This document shows, piece by piece, positions 37,885-51,800 of a stretch of 64,000 bases of DNA. The position numbers were made by a program, and so were the translations under genes. Source of the DNA: Lingula anatina. Lineage: Eukaryota; Animalia; Brachiopoda. The notes under the pieces were generated by a model. That model was not told the origin of the DNA, did no database searches, and was given only the letters and a program-made list of their open reading frames with translations. Numbering within the stretch: position 1 is the first letter of the stretch; the number at the start of each line of letters is the position of its first letter. The stretch covers positions 37,578,401-37,642,400 of the forward strand of contig CM120641.1 in NCBI GenBank assembly GCA_051362555.1. Direction: 5' to 3'.

Positions 37885-40800
37885 TTAATTTATTTATTTT
37901 TAATTTTTATCTTTTTTTTGGGGGGGGGGGGGGCAGTGTATTGAAGGTTTTTGCAAGGGCCATTTTAGTTCTGATTTCAGAAAGTAGATGCAATGAAAAC
38001 TCCTACTTTGTGATCAATGTGAAATTCCCTGGTCATTTACACGAAATTCCCTGGTCATTTACACTAGAAGGGTATTGTATTAAAGAGAAAAACTATGTAT
38101 TTGTGTTCCAAGGACTCATTTATTTCTCACATTAGAATTAGAGTGGTTTATGCTAAAATCATTCAGCACATGGCCTTACATCTTTTCAGCACAGATGGTT
38201 TACAGATTTTAGCTTGCAGAAACTTGCTATGAGATGTTCATCTGAACTTATTGTGTGCTTTCATTTCCGTAGTTGCTAAAATTATGTGGATCTTCATGAT
38301 AATGCTTTGGTTATAATTGTTTATAGCCACCAAGGGTTCCCATGCATGGGTTGAGCAATGTAGTGCCACCCCAGGACCCAGACCAAGTAGTGATACCCCA
38401 GGTCGCCACAGCCACCACCCCCAATGTTCCTGCCACCCCTGGGGAATTGAATCTTAAAGATTTCAACATCACAGGGCGCACCCATGAGCAGATACGGCAC
38501 AACATGCAGCGATCTTTAACAAAAAGCTTACGTCGATGGGCACAGAAGGAGAGTCAGCCTGAAAGACAGGGTGGGGGTAGCAGCGGAGGAGGGAATCCGT
38601 CTACTTCTGGAGACTCTGATGATGAGTTTTATGAATATGATCAGAATTATAGTGAAACTGTGCAGGTTGAGAGTGATGCAGCAGAAGATTTTGATCTGGA
38701 GGATAATCCAGATCTTAAGCCAAGTGAACGGCTGGAGGTTTTCATTAATAAAATGATGAAAAAAGCAGAGTTGTTAAACACAACCCGTGAGGAGCAGATT
38801 TTGAAAAAGCAACAGATTTTAGAAGAGCTCCAGAAAGTTGAGAGGGAGCTCCAGGAGAAAGCCCAGGCCCAGCTACTGCTGAATGCCCAGAAGTCTGAAA
38901 ATCAGCAAAAATTGGAGCAGCAGATACATGAGCTTCAGCACCAGGAACTGGAAAGGCAGAGGCAGATACAGCAACAACAGCATCAAAAATTGCTTCAAGA
39001 GAAAGAGCAGTATCAGAAACGACTGCAGCAACTTCAGCAACAGTATCAGCAGAAGCTTCAACAGCACCAGCTACAACAACAACTTCAGCAGCAACTTCAA
39101 GCACAGCTTCAAGAGCAACTGAGACAACAGCAGATGCAGAAACAACAGGAAGAGCAACAGGAATTGAACAGGCAATTACAAGAGCAGATAAAATTTCAGC
39201 AACAACAACTTCAGCAAGCACAGCAGAAAGTAGGTGCTCAGCATTTAGCCCAGCAGCAAAAGCAGCGGTCTCCCCTCCCCTTGCATATTGCTTTACAAAA
39301 TCAGCTTGAAGCTAAAAAAGAAGCCAGTCAGCAGAAAGAAAAAAATAAAAACATCCAAATAGTAGAAATAGGGCTTGGGTTGGACAGTGACCAAGAAAAG
39401 GCTGGTGGGGATATTATTGAAAATATTGAAAACGACTTGGAAGTTGTGAGAAATGCAGAGGGTTCCAGTAGTAGTTGCTCATTCAGGGAACCTGATGTTC
39501 ATCAGTCCGAAAATGTTCCTGATATGGAAAATGATACCAAAGATATACCATTGGATAAGATACCCCTTCCAAGTGAATTGCCAGACCAGCCCTTGGATGG
39601 TGGTGCCTCATCCATAAATACACAGGAGAAAAATAGAAATGATCTAGTTGAAGGGGATCAACAGTTTAAGTCAGAAAATCCCAGTTTTGTTGGGGACAGT
39701 GTGGATGGGAAAGATACAGCAGAGATTAGTGACTTTCCCATGCAAGCTGCTACAGAAAACCCAGACTTTCCTCATGTAGCTTACAGAGAAGGTCCTATTG
39801 GAGAAGAACAACTAACAGCAAGCCTAGAAGGTAAATCTGTTAATCTGTTTTCTTTAATGTTCTCTTTTCTATCCCAGGATATAAAGGTTGAATCTCCTAT
39901 TGAATTTTTAGAAATATTTTGAGTGACATTTAAAAAGAATAGAATAAACCTATGTCAAGCTATATTCAACTTTGTTAAAGAATTAAAAATATTGTAGATT
40001 TGACATTTATTAGATTAGCTTAAATCTATTTATAGCATGTCACCTGTGAAATGTATTATATGTCTTTTTCAGCTGAGTATGAAGTGTCCAGCTCCACAGA
40101 CAGCTACCCACCACCATTTGATCAACAGCAGTATCAGACCCAGCAACAGATCCTGAACCAGTATGCCGAGGCCCTCAGTGCCTACTCTGAGCACATGAGC
40201 CCCGAGGACCAGATAAAAGCACAACAACTTCTGAAGCAACAATTGGAAGCCCTTCAACAACAGCAGCAAGTCAATTTGCAGAACATCCAGAAGAAAAATA
40301 AGAAGCTGAAACAGCAACAGCAGCAGCTTTTACAACAGCAGCAGCAGTTGTTGCATCAGAATCAACAACTAACCAACGAGTACAACACAATCAATGCAGT
40401 GACTTCTGCTGCTTCTGTTGACATGAATACCCCTCTTGGATCGCTTCCCATGACACCCAATCCATCGCCTGCCTCACCACATGTGACGCCACCTATCTAC
40501 CCGTTGATTGACCTGGATGCCCAGACAGAGAGTAATCATGACACTGCCCTCACTCTGGCCTGTGCTGGTGGACACGCTGAGCTGGTCAGCCTGTTGTTGT
40601 CCAGAGGTGCAGACATTGAACACAGAGATAAAAAAGGTAATAATTTCATTTTTGTCTATTTGCTTATTAAAGCTGTAACAAAATAAGTTTATAGAATAAA
40701 AGGAGGTTTAGGTTTGAAGAAACTGCTTGTGCATGTCACATAATTTCAACAAGATTAATTATATATGATACAATTTTCATCAGTATTTTACCTAAAATAT

Positions 40801-43800
40801 GGCCTTACCAATTACATAGCCATTTTTGGCACAATTATAAATACATGTTTCATTGTCTTTTCATAGGTTTCACCCCCTTGATACTGGCTGCAACTGCAGG
40901 TCATGCAGAAATAGTTGAGATACTACTCAATCATGGAGCAGACATAGAGGCACAATCAGAGAGAACCAAAGACACCCCTCTGTCTTTAGCTTGTTCTGGA
41001 GGAAGATATGAGGTACAGAAAATGGGCTGTGAGGTCAAAATGACTTAAACTTTGTTCTTACCTAGATTGTTAGAATGTGTTCCCATGACCTTTCCATACT
41101 AGCAGGAATGATCCAACTTGGCGGGGACTCACTAAGGTGCAGTCATTGTAACCAGCTTAATTGTCTGGCAGGCCCCCTTGCAAAGCAACATGAACAACAT
41201 CATAGACCACAAAGTCTTCCCGACTTAACCCAAGTAATTTAGTTATGAAGAAATGTGCCAGACATTTAAGCAGCTTAAACTGAATGCAATTAAGTGAGAA
41301 TCCAGCTAGTACCATAGGGTTATGGGAACACTCCCTTAGATTATGAAGAAGAGATTTTATTATGCTGAGCATTTTACTAACTTCATGACTATTTCATTAA
41401 AAGACAGTAGTGCTTTATTTTCAAATTCATGGTCAAATCCAGCCTCTAGTGATCTTGCTTTCATCTGAATTTTGATGCAGAATCTTTACCTCAAGAAAAA
41501 GACACTTGAAATAGAAATCCACTTCAGGAAAAATTTGAAGAATTTGAAAATAATGTGTCAGGGCAGTGTTGTTGCCCTTCACATCAGAAAGCAAAACAGG
41601 ACTTAGCGATAATTTTTTACAGACAGAAGTATTTGTTTTTCAGGTTGTGGAATTACTGCTGGCCAGAGGAGCAAACAAGGAACACCGCAATGTCTCTGAC
41701 TACACCCCACTCAGTCTGGCTGCCTCTGGGGGATATGTCAACATCATTAAGCTACTGCTTAGTCACGGGGCAGAGATTAACTCCAGGTAGACTATGCATG
41801 AATTGTAGTCTCTTTTCCCGTAAAAGAAAAATGAATGTATAACAGCAGTTAAAAATGTTCATGATTGTGTATTTAATTCGAGAACAGATAGAATTTGATT
41901 ATTTTATTTTCAGTGGTAATGTTATGTAGTTGTTATGTATTCTTTGATGCAGAGGTCAGTATTTGCAACTGGATGTTCTCTAAAATGTGTATCATCAGTT
42001 TTGTGAAAAACCAAAGATCTTGATTTGATTTTTCAAGACAGCTTTAAACAGCTGTTGTGTGGTAAACTGGTTTGTTTTTAAAAAACTTAAAAATTCAGTT
42101 TTAAGTCTAGTTCTTCAAAAGAGATACATTGATGTTTATAATAATATTTACTTAATTATTTGATATTGTTACTATAATACAGTGACACCATTCTTGTACA
42201 ACACTATAAAGATATTCTTAATGTCAGACAAAGAAAAAGAGATAATTGGCAGAAAACATGTTACTCTGATATAAGGTTATTTATATAGGTTATTTTTTTG
42301 CTTTATTCAGGACTGGCAGTAAGCTAGGCATTTCCCCCTTGATGTTAGCTGCCATGAATGGCCACACTGCAGCAGTCAAGTTGTTACTAGACATGGGAAG
42401 TGACATAAATGCCCAGGTAAGTCTTCGTGGGTATAATAATGTCATTAGTGTTTATTTATTAATTTAAAAAAGTTGTGGTTTCATTTATTTCATTGTGGTT
42501 TCATTTTGAAAAAAAAGCAATTAAATGAAAATTAAGAATATATTACCTTATTATTTCCCATTCAAAAATTATAACGATAAGTATTTAAAAGTTGTGATTT
42601 TGCATATTTTGTATTTATTGCTGGGGAAAAAAAGTGATTTTTTTTCTGCTGAAAAAAAGCTTAATGAAAAATATACTTGATATCATTACTTGCCAGAACA
42701 ATACAAAACAATGGTATGGAATGTTTATGCAGCTTTACATGTAATCTTCTTTGTTTTCTTATCCATTAGATTGAAACTAACCGTAACACTGCCCTCACGT
42801 TGGCATGTTTCCAAGGTCGCCACGAGGTGGTCAGTTTACTGGTGGACAGAAAGGCCAACATTGAGCATAGAGCTAAGGTCAGTTTCTGCAAAGCTTGAAA
42901 TCCATGTACTAAAACATGTTACTTAACTGTAATTTGAAATGTAATTTTTATTATTATTATTATTATTATTTTATGACAGCATAAAGCTTCTGGGCAATAC
43001 TATACTTTTTATGCAGAATAGAAAGTTTTTTTTTTTTTTTTTTTATTCATATTATTCATATTTTATTCATATCTTTAGTTCCGAAAATATCACATTATTG
43101 CTTAAATGTAAACATGTTGTTATGCTGCAATGTTGGAAACTGAAAAGATTATGGTAATCTGTTCAGCAAATTAAAAAACATGACGTAAAGCATTGGTTTT
43201 GCTGACGTTAGTTACTTGTTTTTCTTCTCCAGTGTAATAGTGTTAATATGAGATATCCTGTTTTCTTAGATAAGTTAGAATTGCACAGGATGTTGATTAT
43301 CTATGGTCTATTCACAATCTTTTCATTATTGGTGAGAGTCGGGAGGTTGAGGCCATAGAAAAGATTTCAGTGGTCACTTTCTTTGTAGACTGGTCCTAAG
43401 TGAAGCCATACGTCCCATTATCTCAAACATGCCATCCCATCAATATTGTTGGCTTTCTCAGAGATCTCTTTCCATTGTAATTTTATCTTATATACTATGC
43501 TAAATACAGTTTTAGTTAAGTCAACTTTTTGTAATATTAAGGAAAACTTAAATAATTTATGGACTCATTAGAAGAACATTTTACATGTGAGCCTAGGCTA
43601 GTTATTCAAATTTTTAGAAGCTACATGGTACCCAGTCTTTAATGCCTATAATTACATTGGCATGGTATTAACATCACTGATCCTGCATCTTCAGACTGGC
43701 TTAACCCCACTGATGGAGGCTGCCTCTGGGGGGTATGTGGAGGTGGGGCGTGTCCTGTTAGACAAGGGAGCAGATGTCAATGCCCCCCCTGTGCCCTCCT

Positions 43801-46800
43801 CCAGGGATACTGCACTGACCATAGCAGCAGACAAAGGACACTATAGATTTGTGGAGCTCCTCCTGAACAGAGGTGCAGCAGTGGATGTAAAGAACAAGAA
43901 AGGGAACTCACCTTTGTGGTTGTCTTGTAATGGTAAGGAAGATTACGTGATTGCTTTTTGAAAGCTGACTTATCTCAGTTGTGACTGTTCTGCATTAATT
44001 ATTAAAAGCAAGAATATGGGGCTATTCGGTTCCTGAGTTGAATTTTCATGTAATGTTATAAGCCTATCCTATGATATCTGCATGATAAATGGGGTGCATA
44101 ATAATTTGCATTTCACAGTTTGAATGCCTAAGGGCTTGGGTTAGATGGTTCGGTGTTCAAGTGAGTTGCTTGGCTGTGAAAATATTTTTTGTTGTCAGAA
44201 TGAGATTTAGTCAACACAGTTTTGGTTGCTGCATATGTCTTATCCTAGTAACATTTAGAGCACAGTTTAAAAACATTTTTCTCTGCTAACTTTTTTCAAG
44301 TGAAAATTACTGTAGATTTTTCTGTGTTTTTCTTGACTTATTTAAAATTAATATTCAACAGACCTAAACAGGTCTATATAGAACCTTCAGCATAATCTTC
44401 TTTGGGAGATCATTTATGTTTTGTCAAAATGTAGAGAGTACTTTTAGAAGCCTTAGTATGTAATGAAAAATATGTCCAAATCTTTGTCTCTCCAGAGAGT
44501 GATCCTTTGAGAAAGTGCCTTCATTCTTTACTAGTTACTTGTATTGATTTTGTTTGGCTTTTGGCCACTTCTGAAGCAGTGCCTTTGTCTCAGATTTGTA
44601 GTTTCTGTTTGTAGGTGGACACCTAGATGTAGTCCAGCTACTGGTCAATGCTAGAGCAGATGTTGACAGTCAGGACAACAGGAAAGTATCCTGTCTGATG
44701 GCTGCCTTCAGGAAGGGCCATGTGAAGGTGGTCAAGTGGCTGGTGCGCCACGTCAACCAGTTCCCCTCCGACCAGGAGTGCATGCGATACATTGCCACCA
44801 TAACTGACAAGGTAAATATTCCAAATTTGGTCGTCACTATTAGGAAAAAATGCGTGGACTCTTTCAAAGGTCTATTGTTGATTCTCTGTTCCAAACCATA
44901 TTTTCTTGCTTGTTTATGAATTCTTACAAAGGGAAGAACATTTCGAAGTTGCCCGTATGTGTTCGGTTACATCTTTTATGATAATTTTTGAATGATGTTT
45001 GAAATCATGCCTTAGGACTTAGTACGTATCCAGTTATTGCAAGAATAAACAGGAAGGTGCATTAAAAGTATAGCTCAGGTCATCCACCTGATGTATTTTC
45101 TGACCTCCCATGCCAGTAGGTTTTGAGACCTTGTATCATATGTGGTTATCATTAAGGCATGGAGCAGGATTTTGGCATGAAAAAAAATACACTGAACAAA
45201 TTTTCCTGGCATGCTGCACTATTTCCTTGTACAAATGTGATGGCTTTGGGCAAAAGATCCATGAAACATTCCTTCAGGACAAATAGTTTGATAAATGATT
45301 TGGCAAAACAATCAGTATTACTTTTTTTTTTCCTCAAAATTCCTAGCATCTCACTATAGACTATAGTCACCTTCAAATGTCACCTGCCGCCAGTGTATTC
45401 AGTAACATATTCTATCTTTAGTTTCACATCACTTTATTTTCTTCATGTATAATTTGTAACATAAAAAGAAATTTCTCTAATTTTATGCAAGTTGTTATAA
45501 TTTTTAAAATCATGCAATGTTATTTACAATGAAATGAGTCTAAAGACAATTTTGGTAAACTAAACTGCACCTCATGCTGGACTATCACAAAGGGAAATAT
45601 ACATATATATTTGTGACCTAGTGACCGGTCACTAGTCCTTCAGGTTAAAAATAGCTTTTTGTGTGTTTGGGTCACCTGTATGAATTTCTTATCACAGATA
45701 AGAGACACTGTCCAACATATATTGATATTAATAATATAGCTTCAGTCAAAGGCACTGTGTGAATATACTCTTTAAAAGACTATTTTCTCCAGTTGGATTA
45801 ATCCGACTACAAGCAGATTGATACAAATTTTATATTTTCATCTCTCCTAAAACTCTTGGCAGATACATTTATTTAAATATTTTAAAAGATTTAGATTGTC
45901 TTGGAGATACGCACAGGCCATCTCAAAAGAAAATAGGAACATTTAAGGCAACAGAAATCTTTTATATTTACCCAGTATATTGGTGTGTCTGGGTAATGGT
46001 AGGCTATTCAATTTTCTCCGTCCCAGACAAACAGTTAATACCTTGCCTAAAGTAAATGAAAAATTGTACTTTTTTGGATAATATCACACATGTGCAGAAA
46101 CCATTGTCATTATTACTCCAGAATTTTTTCTATCATTGTTTAAAATAATTAAACATAGTGGTTTCCAAGAAATCATGTTTGGTTTCAGGTCACAGTATTT
46201 ATGTGTGGTCTAGTTCTTTTGTTTAACAATCACAGTTGCATATTTACAGAAACAAATTATATGCTCCATTTAACATTTCTTTCTAAGTATAGTCACAGTG
46301 TCTCTATTAATACTCTACAACTCCTATATTGTCTCAATGATTCTCGTGCATGAAATTGGGAATGAATTTTTTTCTGTGGCACACATACTTTTACATGTGG
46401 TATCTTTCAAAACAAATCTCATTGATCTGTTTTTAATTGTTTTGTGTCCAGTGAGTTAAACGAAATTTGGCCAAAGCAGTAAAGCAGAAGTTAAACTAAA
46501 AATAGCACTAATAATTAGATGAATTGGTCTGTTTGCCCAGTTTGTAGTTTGCCATAGTAATGGAACAATATTAAGAAAAGCTCCTTTCCCAATTTGTTGT
46601 AGATCAGGCAGAGAGATAAAATCCATATGAAAGTGGCAGACTAAATTGTTCACACTTGCTCATTTGTCATTAATATACTAATGATAATAAAGAAAGGTAC
46701 TTTTTGAAACAAAATGCACTGGGGCAATGGTCATAATGCACAAACTTCTAAGATACTTGGTCACAGTTGCATTGAAAATGTGTATAGCTTGATCCTTTTC

Positions 46801-48808
46801 ATGTCCAGTACCCACATGCCACAGCTTAAATGTATCAAATACCTGTGCATTGGTCACTGACGTGGAGACATTTTCTTCTAAACTGGTGTACTTTTCAATC
46901 ATTTAAGGGTCAACAGATGTGACAATGGTTCTCTACGTGGTGATATTCTTATACAGATGTGGTTGTGTCTTTTAGGTTGATCAAAAATCTATATTTGTAA
47001 CTTCAGATGTCATTACACTAAATTGTTTGATACAGTTTATATTGGAAACAAGACAACCTGTTCATAAATCAATTAGCAGGACTTCAGTCGGTTTTTAGGC
47101 CAGGTCAGAGTTGTTGGTTGAAGGGGGATCTGCAGGGCAACCATTTACCTGCACGTACTATGTTGGTAAATGCCACAATTTACGATTTGCACTTGAAAAC
47201 AGTATAGGTCTGTAAGTGATGACCCTAAGTCTAGTACATTTTATTATTTGCACTAGGGGTGTCAAACAAAAGTACTCGAGCTGCTGATAAGAAACTTGTT
47301 TTTACTTCATGTAACACTTTTATGCTTCTGAATGGGATGGCTTATATTTTGATAAGACTTGGAGTGCATGTTTAATGGTTTTCAACATGGATATATAATT
47401 TTTATCAAATAATGCCCTATAATAAACACAGGACCATTTTCATGTTTAACTTATCTTTTGATAAATCCTTCATTATAATTGAGATAACTCTTGTTTTGTT
47501 TTGGAAAGACATCAAGTTATTAAAAAATCATTAAACCAGTGCATTGAAACTGTGCCAGGGGTGATATAAACTTGTGTTGAAGCATCTGATAAGTGTTGAA
47601 AGTAAGGTGCATTTTTACAAGCATTTATCTAATTGCAGATTTGTATCTTGATAATATATATGTATAAAAGGAAATCATTGAATTCGATGGGATGGCTAAT
47701 TTATCTGAAGTGCTTGAGCAAAGCAGCAACTTCCACTTTCATTATATGTGTATTCTGATGTACAGTAGTAGAAAATCCCAAAAGATATTGTATGGAAATT
47801 CAATAGCCTTTTGTGTAGCCCATTGATGTGATTTGTAAGCAAGCCAATAATGTGATGGCATCTTAAGTACAAATGGAGTTATGTTACCTGAAGTATGAAG
47901 AGCCATATAGCATGCAACTGATCCATGTTGACTAACAAAAATTATATGATACTGAAAATTCTGCAGGCAATTATTTTTCCTTCCGTCACAGAAAAATGAT
48001 GAATGAATAGTTGTGCCCATTTTAACTCACAAGCACAGTATGAAAGAGAACATGTCCATGTCTTACATGAATGATTTTAAGAGTCCTGGCATATGTTTTA
48101 TATGGCAGCATATGTTAATTAATCAGACTTACTGTCAAGTGCTCTCTACACATGAAACTTGAGTCCTTATTATTCTCTGTCTTTTTAATCCACAAGATAT
48201 TTAGGACTAGAGGTGATGTAATTTTCATTTTATACCAAAAAACTGGGGATTATTGCCCAAGTGTATGTTGGACTGCAAAGACCAATGTACTTGCCACAAA
48301 ATAGTTTTACCACAAAACATAGTGGAAATGATCATTTAGATTAAGTAAAACAAAAAGATGTGTTAAAATAGTTTCTTTGGATCTCAGTTTTGGTAGACAG
48401 AAAGCTTTCATTTATGATAGATCCAGATACCTTCACCTGAACAGGTAATTCAGTTGTGACCAAGTCTGCCAGAGTGAACAGACCAAACAGTCAACAGGTA
48501 AATCAAATATCTTGATCTATCATAAATGAAAACTTTCTGTCTATAAAAAGAAGTGTGCTTAGTCAAGTCCCAAGGAAGGTGATGACTTCACCTTGTCTAT
48601 CTATCTAGATAATGATTACACCATGACGGTTTCCAACTTGGATCTTTTCCAAAAGTAGCTCATTGAAAAGTGGCCTTTTACCTCACTTGTCTAGAATGGT
48701 GAACAAGTGCATGGTGCTGGTCACGATCACAGAATCACATCCCAGGGCACTGTAAATAGTTTAACACCGTGCTGTTAATCTAATTTTATCTTAAGATAAG
48801 TTATTAAT

Positions 48809-48853
<45 letters not shown>

Positions 48854-51800
48854 TCATTAACTTATGAACATTTTACTGTCTATTTCTCATTTATGTGAGA
48901 TATATCATAAAAAACTGATGCAGCTATAACCATACATAATATGAATGTGAAAAATTTTGATTTAGGTTCCATAGGGGAATTATGAGGTAATCACTTTTCA
49001 GACATGCTGTACATTTTGTTTGGCTTCGAGTGGATTTTGTGGATACACACCAACTGCCTGCATTCCATTATGGGATTGTAGCCCTTATCTTAACCATCAA
49101 GCATGTGGATTAAAGCCATGCACATATTCATATTACTGAGTTAAATCTAGGGTTGGATATTTCCTGCTGGTATAAGTATGTGCAATGGCCATTATTATGT
49201 CGGCAATACAGTTGAACTATAACTATAACTGAATAGTTATTTTTTCTAAGTTGTGGGCATATAATAAATGATTCGACTTTTGAAGTACAGCAAAATAAAG
49301 ATGTGAACCCTGTTTTTATTTTTAATTTTTTAAAAATTATTATTATTATTATTTGTTGCTGTGCATCCTGTCAGACTAAGCACACATTCAGTTAATTAGG
49401 TATTCTTGTGATGAAGCACTGAGCTTGTGGTACTATTATAATCCAAAATGCAAGAGAATTATGGCACAGAGTGTTTTCTTCACCTGTGCTGGTTGTCTGC
49501 TCCACTTCCATATACCTGGTTATTTGAACAGCATTACTATCTGATGAAAGTGCTCTTCCCTAGAAAGAAGTGTCTAGTCCAATTACCTGTGCCAGGATCA
49601 AAGAATGCCCCATTTTGACTCATACACGGTCTCAGAATATTCATATGTATGTGCCCACATATGTTCATGTTTGGGCCTTGAGTCACTGGATTAGGACCAG
49701 CTAAACAAGTTTGGGGAAGTCTCGATTGCTGCATTAATTTTATTCCTGTGTATCTGACAGCGAGCATGTTCCTCCAGTCTGCTGTCAAGATAGGGAACAC
49801 AATGGCAAGCATACGACCTCGTTTACATTTTAATATCACCACCTGGCTAATTTTGAATGCTGGAGTGTATATTTACGTGGCCTTGGTCAATAATCTATTT
49901 CGATTAACCTATTCAGAATATGATTTGTTTTCCTGTTATCGGTGCTTCTTTATGTGGACTAATCAGTATGATAAATTATGCACTAATGTTATTATGAACG
50001 TGAATATTCATGACTCACTCCATGGTGACAATGACACTGGCCAACAATGGTTGGCTATCAGTGCTTTACTCCCTTGGCAGTTAGCCAAGGCTGGTTGCTT
50101 CCCACCTAAATTAACGAAGAGGTCAGCAGGTTTCCTTTCACCAGCATCATTGTAGTGACTGTTTGCAGTGTGGTAAAAGTGATTACCAAATGGACCTGTT
50201 ATTATTATTAGTCCCTAAATAAGCTCTCCCTCCTCATATCTCTGTAGCATTGACTGGTGTTGGTATACACACAAAGCATTTGGATGACCTACTTTCAGTT
50301 TAAGCGGCAGCTTTGTGTTGTGGATTGACAGCTCTGTCTTGGGGTGGATTTTTACTTACGTGGATGCTGCTTTTAACACAGATTTTAGGGTTTTATCGAT
50401 GGAAAATGATCAGGATGAAAGTGGATGAAGTGTTTTTAGCCCTCTCAGACAAGGTAGGTGTAGTTTTAGAGGGAAAATATGGTTGGAAGATTCTTTCTTC
50501 CAGGCCACTTGATAAAATGTAGGTCAGCCATGTATGAATGAGTATCATTGGTAGGGAAACACCCTTCGTAATTTCTCTTGTTATTTCCAAGAAAGATATG
50601 AAAAGGATAAAAAAATTGTCCAGTATGAAGGTTGATTTCAGAATGAAGAAAGAAACACCAGACAAGGCATAGGTTTTGGTTGTAAAATTGAGCCTAGGGT
50701 GAAAATGGTAGAATCATCGGAGAAAATGGTATTCGGTTCAAATTCACCGGGTGGGAATATTTGTTTATATTTTAGAGGGATACAATTGTTTTTAGTAGAT
50801 GCTTTACGTGGTGTTTTGATACACTTATTTAAATATTTGACTTTTTGAGTGAATAAAAGAATTCTCCACATGCTATTAATAGATGGTGTAATTAATCCTT
50901 GGCATCTTTATGTGTATTTAGAGAGAGAGGTCATTAGTTCAAGTTTTGACAGCAAGTGTTGGACTCTTTCCTTCAAGTAGTCATAACAGACATGGGACAC
51001 TGATGAATTCCTGATTTTCCGAAACTGTTAACAATAGTATTATTGGTTTGGCTAGCCTAAGAGTATAGTATAAATTCATTTAGAACTGCTCAGCCTTTGA
51101 TATTGATCCAAGTACATGTACATATGAAATTGTACTAAAAATGTGAGAAGTGGGTCATTCCCATGAGCAGGTGTTTCTTGCATAGGAGATGGTTGTTCTT
51201 CATGACTGATGTTTGACATGGGACAAATGGTCTTCAGAAATAGAAATTTCATAACATCGCGCAACACTTGCAGGTGTAATGGTGGATGCATAAATCATCT
51301 TGATTTTCTATCAAATAGGAGAGATGCTTCCATGATGCTATGCATTATGCGGTTAGAAAAGACCTTAGGTATGTCAAGCTAAATTATTAAATATTGGAGG
51401 TGTTTAGAACTAAAAATATGTTTGCATACATATTACCCACCATGGTATTGATTCGTGCCTGGACGTGAATTTTATAATGTATAAATTTTATCGAAGTTTT
51501 CCTTTTGATCCGAAATGTAGAATCAAAAGTGTGAGTAATAAATGGGCAAATTGAAATGAGTCATGTTGAACACCCAGGACATAATTTGTTTACTTCATTT
51601 CAAAAAGTAAATGAAAAATAGAAATTTGGCATATTTGAATTTATTTGACAACCATTTGCTTTCACTGAGAACTTTCTTATGTCTGTGTACATAAATCCTT
51701 AGCCTGAACTTCAGTGTTTGCATAGGCAAGTTTCTATGCATGGTGTACATATAACACCCTAGGCAAGAGCACAGGAAAGTATAGCTGGTTCTCCCAACTG

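Noticed and set aside
38020-38063. 22-bp tandem duplication gaaattccctggtcatttacac x2
   Set aside because: Ordinary slippage-type duplication mid-intron with no evident consequence.
38745-39221. 158-aa minus-strand ORF, and other antisense ORFs over Mask exons such as 59339-59767
   Set aside because: Shadow frames of CAG/CAA-rich or GC-richer coding exons, with no independent protein features.
49537-50155. 135-aa (+) and 101-aa (-) ORFs in Mask intron 21 as a nested gene
   Set aside because: Non-ATG starts, no recognisable domain and no consistent exon chain.
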